Origin: Candidatus Binatia bacterium
GTDB lineage: Bacteria > Desulfobacterota > Binatia > UBA9968 > JAJDTQ01
DNA: 64,000 nt
NCBI GenBank assembly: GCA_963666515.2
Contig: OY762897.2
Span: 1,568,001 to 1,632,000 of the forward strand
Direction of reading: 5' to 3'
Shown: piece by piece, positions 18,955-28,645 of the stretch
Position numbering within the stretch: the stretch's first letter is position 1
Layout: each line of letters opens with the position of its first letter
Notes under the pieces: model-generated
Told to the model about the DNA's origin: nothing
Database searches by the model: none
The model's input: only the letters and a program-made list of their open reading frames with translations
Position numbers and translations under genes: made by a program

Positions 18955-19830
18955 TCAACGCGAGTCTGATAGAATAGCGGCGATCCGTGGTTGCAGCTCG
19001 CCGGCAACCGTGTCGAAAGAGGGCAGGCCGGGCACCAGCACGCCGAGTGACTGTTCCCAAGTCTCTTCGACATACGCAAGAACGCGCTGGCGAAAGAAAT
19101 CCTCGGTACCTGAGAATGCAACGCCTCGGAGAGCGCATTTTTCACGGAGTCGTGGGTTGAAGTTCGCCCAATCCATATGGTCGCCGTAGGTCCTGAGCAC
19201 TCGCCAGAGGTCATAGTAGTCGCGGGCTCGGGAACGGCTCCAACCCCGCTTCTCCAGCATGTCGGCCTGTTGCAGGAGCGCCCGCAGCTTTTCGGCGACT
19301 ATCTCTTCGAGGGGATACACCTGTAGCGCCGCTTGGAGAGGTTCATCATAGTTGTGGATCACAAGCCGCTTCTCGGGAGGCCATAAGATCCTCTCGTCCA
19401 CGGTGACCTCGATCATGACCCGCGTCTGCATGCGACTGTGCCACGGAAGCCTTGCCCTGATTGTGAAAGCTTCCTGGCCTCCCGGATGCGGTTGCCGTTC
19501 CCTGTAACGCTCGCAGGTGATTTCAACAGGGGCGTATTCGTCCAGCAACTGAACAGCCGTTGCGCATGCCTCCTCTACCGAGTGCTCCATTTCATCGCCT
19601 GCGGGAGTCCCTTCGAGTCCCGAGAAGTCCAGATCCTCGGAGAAACGATACTCGCCGAAGTAGCACTTCCTGAGGGCGGTTCCACCCTTGAAGATCAAGT
19701 TGTCCCGGAGCGCAGGCATCTCAGCGATCCCGGCGAGTAGCCACGACAACAGGTAGTCTCTTTCAAGCACCTCCCATGGAGTGTCCGAGCGCTTACGCTC
19801 CTCCAGAAGACGTGTACGTAGCGGCCTCAT
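18955..19830 (-). CDS. abiEii: AbiEii nucleotidyltransferase toxin (type IV TA)
   Basis: LERDY, FKGGTALRKCY, RFSEDLDFS, AEKLRA, RARDYYDLW; ATG at 19830 overlaps the antitoxin TGA (ATGA). Confidence 0.9.
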   Translation of the reverse strand: MRPLRTRLLEERKRSDTPWEVLERDYLLSWLLAGIAEMPALRDNLIFKGGTALRKCYFGEYRFSEDLDFSGLEGTPAGDEMEHSVEEACATAVQLLDEYAPVEITCERYRERQPHPGGQEAFTIRARLPWHSRMQTRVMIEVTVDERILWPPEKRLVIHNYDEPLQAALQVYPLEEIVAEKLRALLQQADMLEKRGWSRSRARDYYDLWRVLRTYGDHMDWANFNPRLREKCALRGVAFSGTEDFFRQRVLAYVEETWEQSLGVLVPGLPSFDTVAGELQPRIAAILSDSR

Positions 19831-20666
19831 GCCTGGATGCTCCCCGGCAGGTTCTCCTGGAGCATCCAACGACCATTGTACGGTCCCCTTCTTGGCCCGG
19901 AGGGATCGAGTTGACGGTAGCCCTTGACAGGAAGGGAGGCGAGCCTCTCGACGTCAAATGAGTTGACGGCGTGCGCTTCGAGGACCCATCCCAGGCGCTT
20001 GGCCGTCGCCGTACCGAGAAGAATCGCGTACCGGGTAATGCGTTCAATGTTCAGTCGAGGCAGTGCAACTCGAAATGCATGGAGGACCTCCGTGAAGTCA
20101 CCGTAGTGTCGAGGCATCGACAGGCCATCCAGCAGGGTACGCTCCAGGTCTGTAATGGTTACCCGGGCGTCGCCAACCCAGATTCGCTCGGTTCCGAAGA
20201 ACCGCTCCGGCCTCACCTGGGTGAAGCGATACGTCGTGCCCCCTACCACACAACCGTTGCCAGTGTCCTTGGAGCCCCCCCTCTTTGCACGGGGAACGGT
20301 CGTTCCCACGGTTGTAAGGACGAACACCGCCCTCGGAATCTGTTCGGTCAGGCCGTGTTGGTGCAAGGCGGACCAATGGGAAATCGCCGAAGGTACGACG
20401 AGAGCTGTGCCGATCTCGAATTCGTGGGCAGCCGTGACACCGGGCACGGTGGAAGAAAGCGCATGAAGGCCGCGCCGTAGCGAAACAATCCAGCCGTTGC
20501 GTCTGAGGTGATACAACGACTCCGCGACGTAAGCATCCTTAAGGCCCACACGAGGCGCCAATTCCTTTGCCTGTGCCGTGGTGAAGATCCGGTAACCTTC
20601 ATGGGCAAGGACTCGGACCAACTCGATGCCGACGAGAGATTGCTTGGGCTTTGTGATGCCATTCAT
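19827..20666 (-). CDS. abiEi: AbiEi antitoxin / winged-HTH transcriptional regulator
   Basis: N-terminal wHTH, ISHWSALHQHGLTEQIP, ERFFG, TDLERTLLD, KRLGW. Confidence 0.88.
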   Translation of the reverse strand: MNGITKPKQSLVGIELVRVLAHEGYRIFTTAQAKELAPRVGLKDAYVAESLYHLRRNGWIVSLRRGLHALSSTVPGVTAAHEFEIGTALVVPSAISHWSALHQHGLTEQIPRAVFVLTTVGTTVPRAKRGGSKDTGNGCVVGGTTYRFTQVRPERFFGTERIWVGDARVTITDLERTLLDGLSMPRHYGDFTEVLHAFRVALPRLNIERITRYAILLGTATAKRLGWVLEAHAVNSFDVERLASLPVKGYRQLDPSGPRRGPYNGRWMLQENLPGSIQA

Positions 20667-20880
20667 TGGATGGCCTCAAACGCCGCATTACTGAGGCTAT
20701 GCGCAGGCGCAAACTATTGTAAGTATACGTCGATATTTGGACAAATGTCAAATTTTAGCGCAAAGCGATAATGTCTCCTTCTCCGGAAGGAAGGGGCTGA
20801 CCATGCGGGAAGTGGACCCGCTGGGAGTGATTCGGGAGGGTAGCGGGTAAGGGGTTCGGCAACGGGAAGCGGCTGAGCGG

Positions 20881-22877
20881 CTAGACTGAACTTCGAGAGC
20901 CGCGATATACTAACTTATTGATTTTGATGGGGAAAGAGGAGAAGTGGGGTATGGGCTACTGAGTACGTTCGAGGCGTACCCCCAAGAGTTTGAGGATTTG
21001 AGCCTGGAGGGGAGTGGGGCGGGTAATGATGTCGAAGGGTTGTGGGTCGGGGAGTTGGGGTGTGACGACGCGGTTTATGGCGATGGTGGCCAAGTCCTTG
21101 AGCAGGGAGCGGAAGCTGTGCACGGGCAGGCCTGAGGCGGTGATTTTGCGGTCGGCCTTGTCCTTGGCGGCGGGGGAGACCTGAGCGGGGGCGACCACGG
21201 AGGGGCGCAGGGCTTCGGCGGCTTGGGGATCGTGGTCGTCGAACAGCAGGGGCTTGAGGCGTTGGCGCATGTGCCACTCGACATAGTAGGCGAGCATGCA
21301 CAGGAAGACGTGGGCACGGACCCTGTGGGCGGCGTAGTGGAAGATGGGGCGTACCTTGAGGTCCACGGTCTTGTAGCTGCGGAAGGCTCGTTCCACCACA
21401 CTCAGACTCTTGTAGGCGCCCACCGTCTCCTGGGCATTGAGCACGGCCTGGGGGAGGTTGGTGCGGATGACGTAGAAGCCGTCGAGGGCGGCTTCCTGAG
21501 CGATGGCTGCGGCACGGCGTTGATGGGTCAAGACGCCGTCCTCCGAGACTGTGGTCTCGAAGTGCTTGCCGACCTTATGTTTGCTCAGGACCTTGCCGAG
21601 GCGCTGCTGGATGCGGCCGGGGTCGCTCAGGCGGCGCTTCTCACGGGTGGTGGCGGCGACGATGCGGTCGAGTTCTCGTTCGGTGGCCTGGAGCAGGGCT
21701 TCGCGCTTGCGCGCCCGCTCTTGGGCCAGCAGGGGATTGCGGCACACGATCAGGCGTTCTGCGGGATAGTCCGGGGATGTGATCTCGGCCAGGTGGCGCT
21801 GGTCGAACAGCGAGGGTTGCAAAGCCCCGTCTTCGGCCAGCCTGCGGATGGCCGGTGCGCGCAAGGCGCTGATCCAGTCCAGCCCTGCGGGTTGCACTTC
21901 CTCGCGGATGCGCGCTGTGGTGAGCAGGCCCCGGTCCCCCACCAGCACCACTCGGGCAAGAGCGAAGCGTCGGCGCAGCTTGTCGATCTGGATGCTCAGG
22001 GTGGCCGGGTCTGCGGTGTGGCCCTCGAACACCTCCACCGCTACGGGACAGCCCTCTCGGTTGCACAACAGTCCGAAGACGATCTGGAGCTTGCCCCGCT
22101 TGCCGTCTCGGGAGTAGCCGTGCCGGGCCAGGGGACAGCGTCGGCCCTCGACGTAGCTTGAGGTCACGTCGTAGAGCACCAGGGAGCCTTCCTCAAGATG
22201 GCGCTTGGCCAGACGCTTCTCGATGGCCCCTTGGCGTTCCAACAGCCAGTCCATGGCTGCGTACAGGTCATCCTCGTTGCTGTCGTCCAGACCGAGGGTT
22301 GAGGCCAGCGAATCCCGAGCGGTTTCCCGAGCCAAGCCGCGGGCGGTGGCCAGCTTCGAGCCCGGGGCCAGGACACGGGCCACCACCAAGGCGAGGACGC
22401 GGTCCCGTTCAGGCGAGGGTTGGGTTGAGATGAGGCGATCCAACTCCAGCTTGCGCACGGTGCCCAGGGCAGCGGCCACATGACCGTGGGGCAGGGAGCG
22501 GACGATGTCGAGGGCTTGTTCCGGGGCCGCCAGCGGTTCGTCCTTGAGCACCCGGCGCAGGGCTTCGATCCTGGCTTGGGGCCATTTGGAGAGGTTGGCG
22601 AGGGTGCGGCTTTTGACTTTGCCGTTGTGGCGGTAGCTTTCCCGCAGCAGGATGGCAGGGGGCGAGTTGCGGTTGGGGACGGCAGTTACGTACATGCTTA
22701 CTATAGTAGGCCATGATCCACTATAATGTCAAGCCTAAAAGCCGCAATAACCAGACATCCCTCTATATACATGCCTACATAGGAACCCCGTTTCAACTCG
22801 ATATTTGCAATTTCCCTTGCCTTTTCAACCACTTGACCCTGCAACTCAAGCTTGGTCCGCCGGGAAGTTCGGGCTAG
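20881..22877 (-). mobile_element. IS1634-family insertion sequence
   Basis: Ends CTAGACTGAACTTC and GAAGTTCGGGCTAG form an imperfect inverted repeat with CTAG at both junctions; full-length transposase inside. Confidence 0.85.
20956..22695 (-). CDS. IS1634-family DDE transposase
   Basis: LLRESYR...VKSRTLANLS, LYDVTSSY, HGYSRD, VGDRG, VERAFRS, RVRAHVFLCMLAY. Confidence 0.93.
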   Translation of the reverse strand: MYVTAVPNRNSPPAILLRESYRHNGKVKSRTLANLSKWPQARIEALRRVLKDEPLAAPEQALDIVRSLPHGHVAAALGTVRKLELDRLISTQPSPERDRVLALVVARVLAPGSKLATARGLARETARDSLASTLGLDDSNEDDLYAAMDWLLERQGAIEKRLAKRHLEEGSLVLYDVTSSYVEGRRCPLARHGYSRDGKRGKLQIVFGLLCNREGCPVAVEVFEGHTADPATLSIQIDKLRRRFALARVVLVGDRGLLTTARIREEVQPAGLDWISALRAPAIRRLAEDGALQPSLFDQRHLAEITSPDYPAERLIVCRNPLLAQERARKREALLQATERELDRIVAATTREKRRLSDPGRIQQRLGKVLSKHKVGKHFETTVSEDGVLTHQRRAAAIAQEAALDGFYVIRTNLPQAVLNAQETVGAYKSLSVVERAFRSYKTVDLKVRPIFHYAAHRVRAHVFLCMLAYYVEWHMRQRLKPLLFDDHDPQAAEALRPSVVAPAQVSPAAKDKADRKITASGLPVHSFRSLLKDLATIAINRVVTPQLPDPQPFDIITRPTPLQAQILKLLGVRLERTQ

Positions 22878-22933
22878 AGCTGAGCGTGCGGCAAGTGAAG
22901 CGGCTGTTGCGGCGGTATCGAGAGTTGGGGGCG

Positions 22934-24081
22934 ATGCCCGGAATCAAGTACAAGGTGACGTTGACAGGTGAAGAGAGACAAATGCTGGAGGAGGTTGCGA
23001 CGCGTGGCCGGCACAGCAGCCAGAAGATGCTGAATGCGCTGATCCTGCTTCGATGCGACGAGGGTCCGGAGCAGAAGCGGAAGATGACGAACCAGGCGAT
23101 TGCGGACGTGTTGCCGGTGAGCATGAAGAAGATCGACCGTGTGAAGCGGCGATTCGTGGAGGACGGTCTGGAGGCGGCGTTGGACAAGCGGAAAGCGGAA
23201 CGGAGCCATATTCGGAAGGCGGATGGGGATTTTGAGGCGCACTTGGTGGCGCTGAGTTGCAGCCAGCCGCCGGCTGGACATGCCCGCTGGTCGTTGCGTT
23301 TGTTGGCGGACCAAATGGTGGAACTGCACTATGTGGACACCATTTCCCATGAGACCGTCCGTCGGGTACTAAAAAAACGAGTTGAAGCCGTGGAAGAAGC
23401 AGCAGTGGGTGATACCGCCGAGTGGAAGCGGCGAGTTTGTGGCCCGGATGGAACAGGTGCTCGATGTCTACAAGCGGCCCTATGACGGGCAGCACCCGGT
23501 GGTCTGTATGGATGAATCGCCGCGCCAGCTCATCCGGGAGATGCGGACACCGGTGCCCGCCTGTCCCAGCCAAGTGGCGCGCCAGGACTACGAATACGAG
23601 AGGTGTGGCGTCTGCAGCGTGTTCATGGCCGTGGAACCCCTCAGCGGTCAGCGCACGGTCCGGGTGAGCGAACGCCGTGCTCGAGCCGGCTGGGCCTACT
23701 TTCTCAAGGACATAGCCCGGCTCTGGCAGCGGGCTGAGAAGATCACGCTGGTGATGGACAATCTGAACACGCATGGCCCCGGATCGCTGTATGACACCTT
23801 CGAGCCCCGCACCGCCAAAGCGCTCTGGGATCGTTTCGAGTTCGTTTACACTCCCAAACACGGCAGTTGGCTGAACATGGCTGAAATCGAACTGAACGTC
23901 CTGATCCGCCAATGCCTGGACCGCAGAATCGATACCATCGAGGAAATGCGGCACGAGGTCGCCGCTTGGCAAGAGCGCAGAAACAACGCCAACGCCAAAA
24001 TCGACTGGCACTTCACTGCTGCTAATGCCCGAACCAAACTGAAACGCCTTTATCCGACACTTCAGACATGACGTGACACTA
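22934..24081 (+). mobile_element. IS630-family element (left end missing), transposase split by a -1 frameshift
   Basis: OrfA from ATG 22934 (RWSLRLLA, SHETVRRVLKK), A7 slippery run at 23371-23377, OrfB with CMDE, MDNLNTH, TPKHGSWLNMAEIE ending 24071; right end TGACGTGACACTAG. Confidence 0.88.
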
Positions 24082-24489
24082 GTGCGGGAGCGCTACGAGG
24101 ATTTCTCACCGACCTTGGCAGCGGAAAAGCTCCGGGAGGTGCACGGCCGTCGGGTGTGGACGGAGACCGACGGCTCACCGCACCGGTGGTTGGAGGACCG
24201 GGGGCCTTCGTACACCCTGATGGTGTTCATCGACGACGCCGCCAGCCAGTTCATGCCCTGCGCTTCGTCGAGGCATCGACTCCATGGTGGAAGCCAACGC
24301 CTTCCTGCCCGAGCACATGGCCGACCACAACCGCCGCTTTGCCGTGCCCCCGCAAACCCCCGCGACGCCCACCGCCCGGTGCTCCACAACGCCGCTTCTC
24401 TCGACCTCATCCTGAGCCTCCACTCCATCCGAAAGCTCAGCCGCAACCGCACCCTGAGATATCAGGACCATGAGTACCAAGTCCTGAAC

Positions 24490-24508
24490 CCGGGGAACTT
24501 CGGTCTAG
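24490..24508. mobile_element. Orphan IS1634-like terminus
   Basis: CGGGGAACTTCGGTCTAG resembles the element end CGGGAAGTTCGGGCTAG at 22861-22877. Confidence 0.55.
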
Positions 24509-26244
24509 TCTTGTGACCACGCAGGACCGAATTCCGCCGCCGGCGCATTCATCTGTTCAATGAGGGCTGGACCGGTAGGAAAACCGGATAGCATGCCCGC
24601 TTGTGTTGCGGCAACTAGTTTTTCCCCCTGCCAACTGGAGTTGCCTTTGAGCCAGTTCTGCGGACTAAACACCTTACCCTTAGTTTGTGTCTCAATAAGT
24701 GCATTCTGCATGGCAGTTTCTACGCAGGTGGCTGCCATCGGAAGAATGGCGCTGGCCTGCTCCAGCGCATTCGTCGTGGCACCCGGCGCCACGACGGCTT
24801 GGGTTTGTTGATTGATAGCGGCGATGAGAGATGAGACTGCGAAAAGAATATGATACCTCGCGTGAGAGCGTCCCGCCCGCAATTCGTTATTCATATTCAA
24901 ATTCGGCCACGCTTCATCAATGGCTCGTATCCAACCGTTTAATGCAGCGATATTCTCAGGTGGATAGCCACTACGAAAGAGCGTTTTGTAGTACTCGTCA
25001 AAGATCTTCTTCTCATTGTGCGAGATATTCGGCCGCTGGCAATGCCAAGCCATGACGCACTTACCGAACAATGACGCATCGACCACGAGGTCAGGCGGTT
25101 TGACTTGATCATCAGGCGCCATTTGGCCACGTTTGGTAAGAAACGCTCCATTTGGGTATCGCGTCTCAAAGGCCTTCTTCAAGCCGACCATTATACGATC
25201 GTTACTCCGTAGATCACGCTGTTTAACGGCGCTTTGGGAGTTGGTGTTGATGCTGATATGGTCTCCGAAGGCACGATCCTTAATTTCGTAGAAACGAAAA
25301 AGGATGTGTGCCCCTTGCGCCTCCGGAGCGCGGACTCGCTCGGAACAGCTGTAGATGGTACTAAGGGACTGACAACCATTGACTACGCTTATACCCTTTA
25401 AGGTTAGTTTAGTTTGGTCAGCACTCATAGTCATCGCGTCACAGATCGCTGTGATTCCGTTGTGGTAGAACATGAAATCGCGGACACGCTCACCTTGGAT
25501 CGTCTGTTTCAATGCACGGTTCACCTTATTGTTGGTGCCCAGTGATTGTCGAACGTTCTTGGCAAACAACCGCCCATCGGCGATGCCGGGAAACTTAAGG
25601 CACTCGGTTAGCGGAAGCATGGCGATGACGGTATTCGCACTCGAAAATGGGGAGTTGACTGTCTTAGCCGGGTCTAGCGTGACGGTGTGCTCCAGCGATG
25701 GTAGAACCGTGTTTTCCGCCTCGGAGAGCCGCGCTGTCAACATTTCGGTGTCGATAAGATGTATGGTCGCTGCGAGATCTTCGAACTGCGAAACCTGCTC
25801 GGTGAACGCCAAAAGGTCGTCTTGAGCCGCCTGTGTCAGGGTTCCCGTGGTCAACAGTTCAAATTCTACGCGGTAGTCGTCATCCAAGGCGGTGCGGACT
25901 GCTTCTATCTTCTTCTTCAGTCTCTCGTTGCAATTTTCCTGCAAGGAATTCAAGTCCTGAATCCTTAGCCATGCGGTCAGGACTTCCTGAATTGGTCCGC
26001 CGTCCACTTGGCCAGTCGTGATAAACTTGCCCTGAATGACAATGATACGCTGTTCCTCATCGTCCACGATCACGGCGTCGATTTCCTTGTCATTCGGCCC
26101 GTCGGTGATGTCGTCGCGCGTCTGCGCATCGTCTCGCAGGAGCACCCGTCTGAGGTACCAGGCGATGAAGCGTTGGCCATCGTTGGTGAAGTTAGTTCGG
26201 TAGTACGGGTCGCCCGCGATCTCGCGCTGAATCTGAGCAAGCAT
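24505..26244 (-). CDS. AIPR (abortive infection phage resistance) family protein
   Basis: N-terminal DGPNDKEIDAV...IQGKF; AIPR core LFAKNVRQSLG, FMFYHNGITAIC, SVVNGCQSL, TNSQSAV; AT-richer than backbone. Confidence 0.9.
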   Translation of the reverse strand: MLAQIQREIAGDPYYRTNFTNDGQRFIAWYLRRVLLRDDAQTRDDITDGPNDKEIDAVIVDDEEQRIIVIQGKFITTGQVDGGPIQEVLTAWLRIQDLNSLQENCNERLKKKIEAVRTALDDDYRVEFELLTTGTLTQAAQDDLLAFTEQVSQFEDLAATIHLIDTEMLTARLSEAENTVLPSLEHTVTLDPAKTVNSPFSSANTVIAMLPLTECLKFPGIADGRLFAKNVRQSLGTNNKVNRALKQTIQGERVRDFMFYHNGITAICDAMTMSADQTKLTLKGISVVNGCQSLSTIYSCSERVRAPEAQGAHILFRFYEIKDRAFGDHISINTNSQSAVKQRDLRSNDRIMVGLKKAFETRYPNGAFLTKRGQMAPDDQVKPPDLVVDASLFGKCVMAWHCQRPNISHNEKKIFDEYYKTLFRSGYPPENIAALNGWIRAIDEAWPNLNMNNELRAGRSHARYHILFAVSSLIAAINQQTQAVVAPGATTNALEQASAILPMAATCVETAMQNALIETQTKGKVFSPQNWLKGNSSWQGEKLVAATQAGMLSGFPTGPALIEQMNAPAAEFGPAWSQD

Positions 26245-26532
26245 CGGAGTATTCTCCCATTTTGGGGTTCTGACAGCTTGTTGTGTGTGCCTTCATCGTC
26301 TCCAACTACGTCCGTGGCAGGTAACCGTTCGCTGCCTTAGCCAAACCTCAAACCGCCTCCAAGGGGTATTGGAAAGCTGCTAGAAACCTAGCGCTGATCC
26401 GACCGGCTCGTCGCATCGTTCCAAACGGCTAACAGTGTCAGTAGTGACGTGAATCCTCGCTAATTTTTATGTGAAGGAGTTCTTATCATACTATCGAATG
26501 GAAGGAAATGCGGGGGGTGGGCTGCGGGAACG

Positions 26533-27498
26533 CTAGAACAGGTGGCAAGCCACCCTCCGCTCCGGCGCGGCTTCCTGGAGCACCGGCTCCTCCTCTGCGC
26601 ACCGGGGCATGGCCAGAGGGCAGCGCGGGTGGAAGCGGCAGCCGGAGGGCGGGTTCATGGGGTTGGGGACCTCGCCGGCCACTACCATCTCGTCCGACTC
26701 CTGCCCTTTCCGCACCGGCAGGGCGGCGGCGATGAGCGCCTTGGTGTAGGGGTGCAGGGGCTCCGCGTAGAGCGCATCGGACTTGGCTTCCTCGACGATC
26801 CGCCCCAAGTACATGACCGCGACCCGGTGGCTCAGGTGTCGGGACACGGCCAAGTCGTGGGTGATGAGCAGATAACTCAGGCCGTGCTGGTCCTGCAGGT
26901 CCTTGAGCAGGTTGATGATCTGGCTCCGGATCGAGGCGTCGAGGGAAGCTACCGGCTCATCCAGGACGATCAATCGGGAATGGGTAGCCAGTGCCCGCGC
27001 CAGGGCGATGCGCTGGCGCTGTCCGCCGCTGAACTCGTGGGGGTAGAGCCGGGCGAAGGCGGCGTCGAGGTTGACGTCCTTCAGGACCTCCGCGACGCGC
27101 TCGCGCACCGCCTTGCGGGGCAGCCCGGTGTTCACCTCCAGCGGCTCGCCGATGATGTCGCCCACCCGCATCCTGGGGTTGAGGGAGCTTTGGGGGTCCT
27201 GGAACACGGCCTGCACGGTGCCGCGGTAGCGCCGCAGGTCCTGCCCGGACATCTCCCGCAGGCTGACCCCCTCGTAGAGCATCTCGCCGCTGGTGGGGTG
27301 CTCCAGCAGCAACACCATCTTCGCCGTCGTGCTCTTGCCGCAACCCGACTCCCCCACCAGTCCCAGGGTCTCACCGCCGTCGATGTGAAAGCTGATGTCC
27401 TCCACCGCATGGATCCAGCCCACGTTGCCGCCGAGGATCAGCCCCTTGGTGACCGCAAAGCGTTTACTTACGTTCCTGGCTTCCAGCAGCGGACTCAT
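26533..27498 (-). CDS. Dpp/Opp ABC ATPase (DppF-like)
   Basis: [37 protein letters not shown] tail. Confidence 0.93.
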   Translation of the reverse strand: MSPLLEARNVSKRFAVTKGLILGGNVGWIHAVEDISFHIDGGETLGLVGESGCGKSTTAKMVLLLEHPTSGEMLYEGVSLREMSGQDLRRYRGTVQAVFQDPQSSLNPRMRVGDIIGEPLEVNTGLPRKAVRERVAEVLKDVNLDAAFARLYPHEFSGGQRQRIALARALATHSRLIVLDEPVASLDASIRSQIINLLKDLQDQHGLSYLLITHDLAVSRHLSHRVAVMYLGRIVEEAKSDALYAEPLHPYTKALIAAALPVRKGQESDEMVVAGEVPNPMNPPSGCRFHPRCPLAMPRCAEEEPVLQEAAPERRVACHLF

Positions 27499-28495
27499 GC
27501 CCGTCCTTCTCGTGCAGCCAGCAGGACACGGCGTGGTCAGCACCGAGTCTCGTCACCGGCGGGGACTCCGACCGGCAGATATCCATGGCCCTGGGACAAC
27601 GGGGTGCGAACGCGCAGCCCGGTGGCAGGTCGTGGATCAACGGCGGGCTTCCCTCAATGGACGGAAAGCGGTGCACCTTGCGGTCCATGCGCGGGACCGA
27701 TTGCAGCAACGCTTCCGTGTAGGGATGCGCGGGACGTTCGAACAGCGCCTCCACGGTCAACTGCTCCACGATCCTGCCGGCGTACATGACCGCCACCCGA
27801 TCACAGATCCTCGCCAACGTGGCCAGGTCGTGAGTGATGTAGATGATGGAGAGGTTCGACTCCCGTTGCAGCTCCTTCAGCAGCCGCAGGTACTGGGCCT
27901 GGATGGTGACGTCCAGGGAGGTGGTGGGCTCGTCCGCGATGAGGATCTTCGGTCCGGCGGCGATGGCCGTGGCGCCCACCACCCGCTGGCGCATGCCGCC
28001 GCTGAACTGGTGCGGATAGTCCCTCAACCGCGACTCCGGCGCGGGTATGCGCACCAGGCTCAGCAGGTTCGAGACCCGCTCCCAGAGGCCGGAACGGGAC
28101 ACGACGCCGTGGACCCGCAACGGCTCCGCCACCTGGTTGCCGATGGTGAACACCGGATTCAGGGTGCTCAGGGGATCCTGGAGGATCATGGCGATCTCCC
28201 GGCCCCGGACCGCGCGCATTTCCTGCTCGGATATTTTCAGCAGGTCCCGGCCCCAGAACAGCACCTCGCCCGAGACGATGCGCCCGGCCGGCCGCGGCAC
28301 CAGCCGTAGGATGGAGAGGCTGGTCATGCTCTTGCCGCAGCCCGACTCGCCCAGGAGCCCCAGCGACTCCCCCTGGTCCAGCGTGAAGGAGACCCCGTCC
28401 ACGGCCCTGCCCGTTCCGGAGCGGGTGAAGAAGTAGGTTCTCAGGTCCTTGACTTCGAGCAGGGGCTGCTGGGGAGCATTGGCGTGGGTATCCAT
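27464..28495 (-). CDS. Dpp/Opp ABC ATPase (DppD-like)
   Basis: [36 protein letters not shown]; start taken at MDTHAN. Confidence 0.93.
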   Translation of the reverse strand: MDTHANAPQQPLLEVKDLRTYFFTRSGTGRAVDGVSFTLDQGESLGLLGESGCGKSMTSLSILRLVPRPAGRIVSGEVLFWGRDLLKISEQEMRAVRGREIAMILQDPLSTLNPVFTIGNQVAEPLRVHGVVSRSGLWERVSNLLSLVRIPAPESRLRDYPHQFSGGMRQRVVGATAIAAGPKILIADEPTTSLDVTIQAQYLRLLKELQRESNLSIIYITHDLATLARICDRVAVMYAGRIVEQLTVEALFERPAHPYTEALLQSVPRMDRKVHRFPSIEGSPPLIHDLPPGCAFAPRCPRAMDICRSESPPVTRLGADHAVSCWLHEKDGHESAAGSQERK

Positions 28496-28645
28496 GGAAT
28501 CCACCGCGAGGCACCGGCATCTTGACATAAAAAAGGTCCCGGTAGTAACGGTAAAACGGCAGCGAGCCATTCAACCACGAGGCCGCGGACACCTGCCTTC
28601 CGCGCATCTTCCGCACATCGGGACGGCTGGATCGGAGCAACTCAC

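Larger units (their letters stand above)
20803..24490 (+). pseudogene. Fragmented ISNCY/IS481-like transposase relic hosting two nested IS
   Basis: Pieces 20803-20880 (MREVD...RQREAAERL, internal TAA), 22878-22933 (ELSVRQVKRLLRRYRELGA) and 24079-24490 (LVRERYEDFSPTLAAEKL; DGSPHRWLEDRGP...FIDDA). The first two join in frame across the IS1634. Confidence 0.75.

Noticed and set aside
20690-20770. AbiEi operator inverted repeats
   Set aside because: Expected from family knowledge, but only weak GCGCAAA repeats are visible, too little to define sites.
22805-22933. N-terminal extension of IS630 OrfA
   Set aside because: Chance read-through from the IS1634 end and the ISNCY fragment; the real start is ATG 22934.
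26430-26530. Possible IS end (TAGTGACGTGAATC) upstream of AIPR
   Set aside because: Only loose similarity to the IS630 terminus, with no partner end or transposase.
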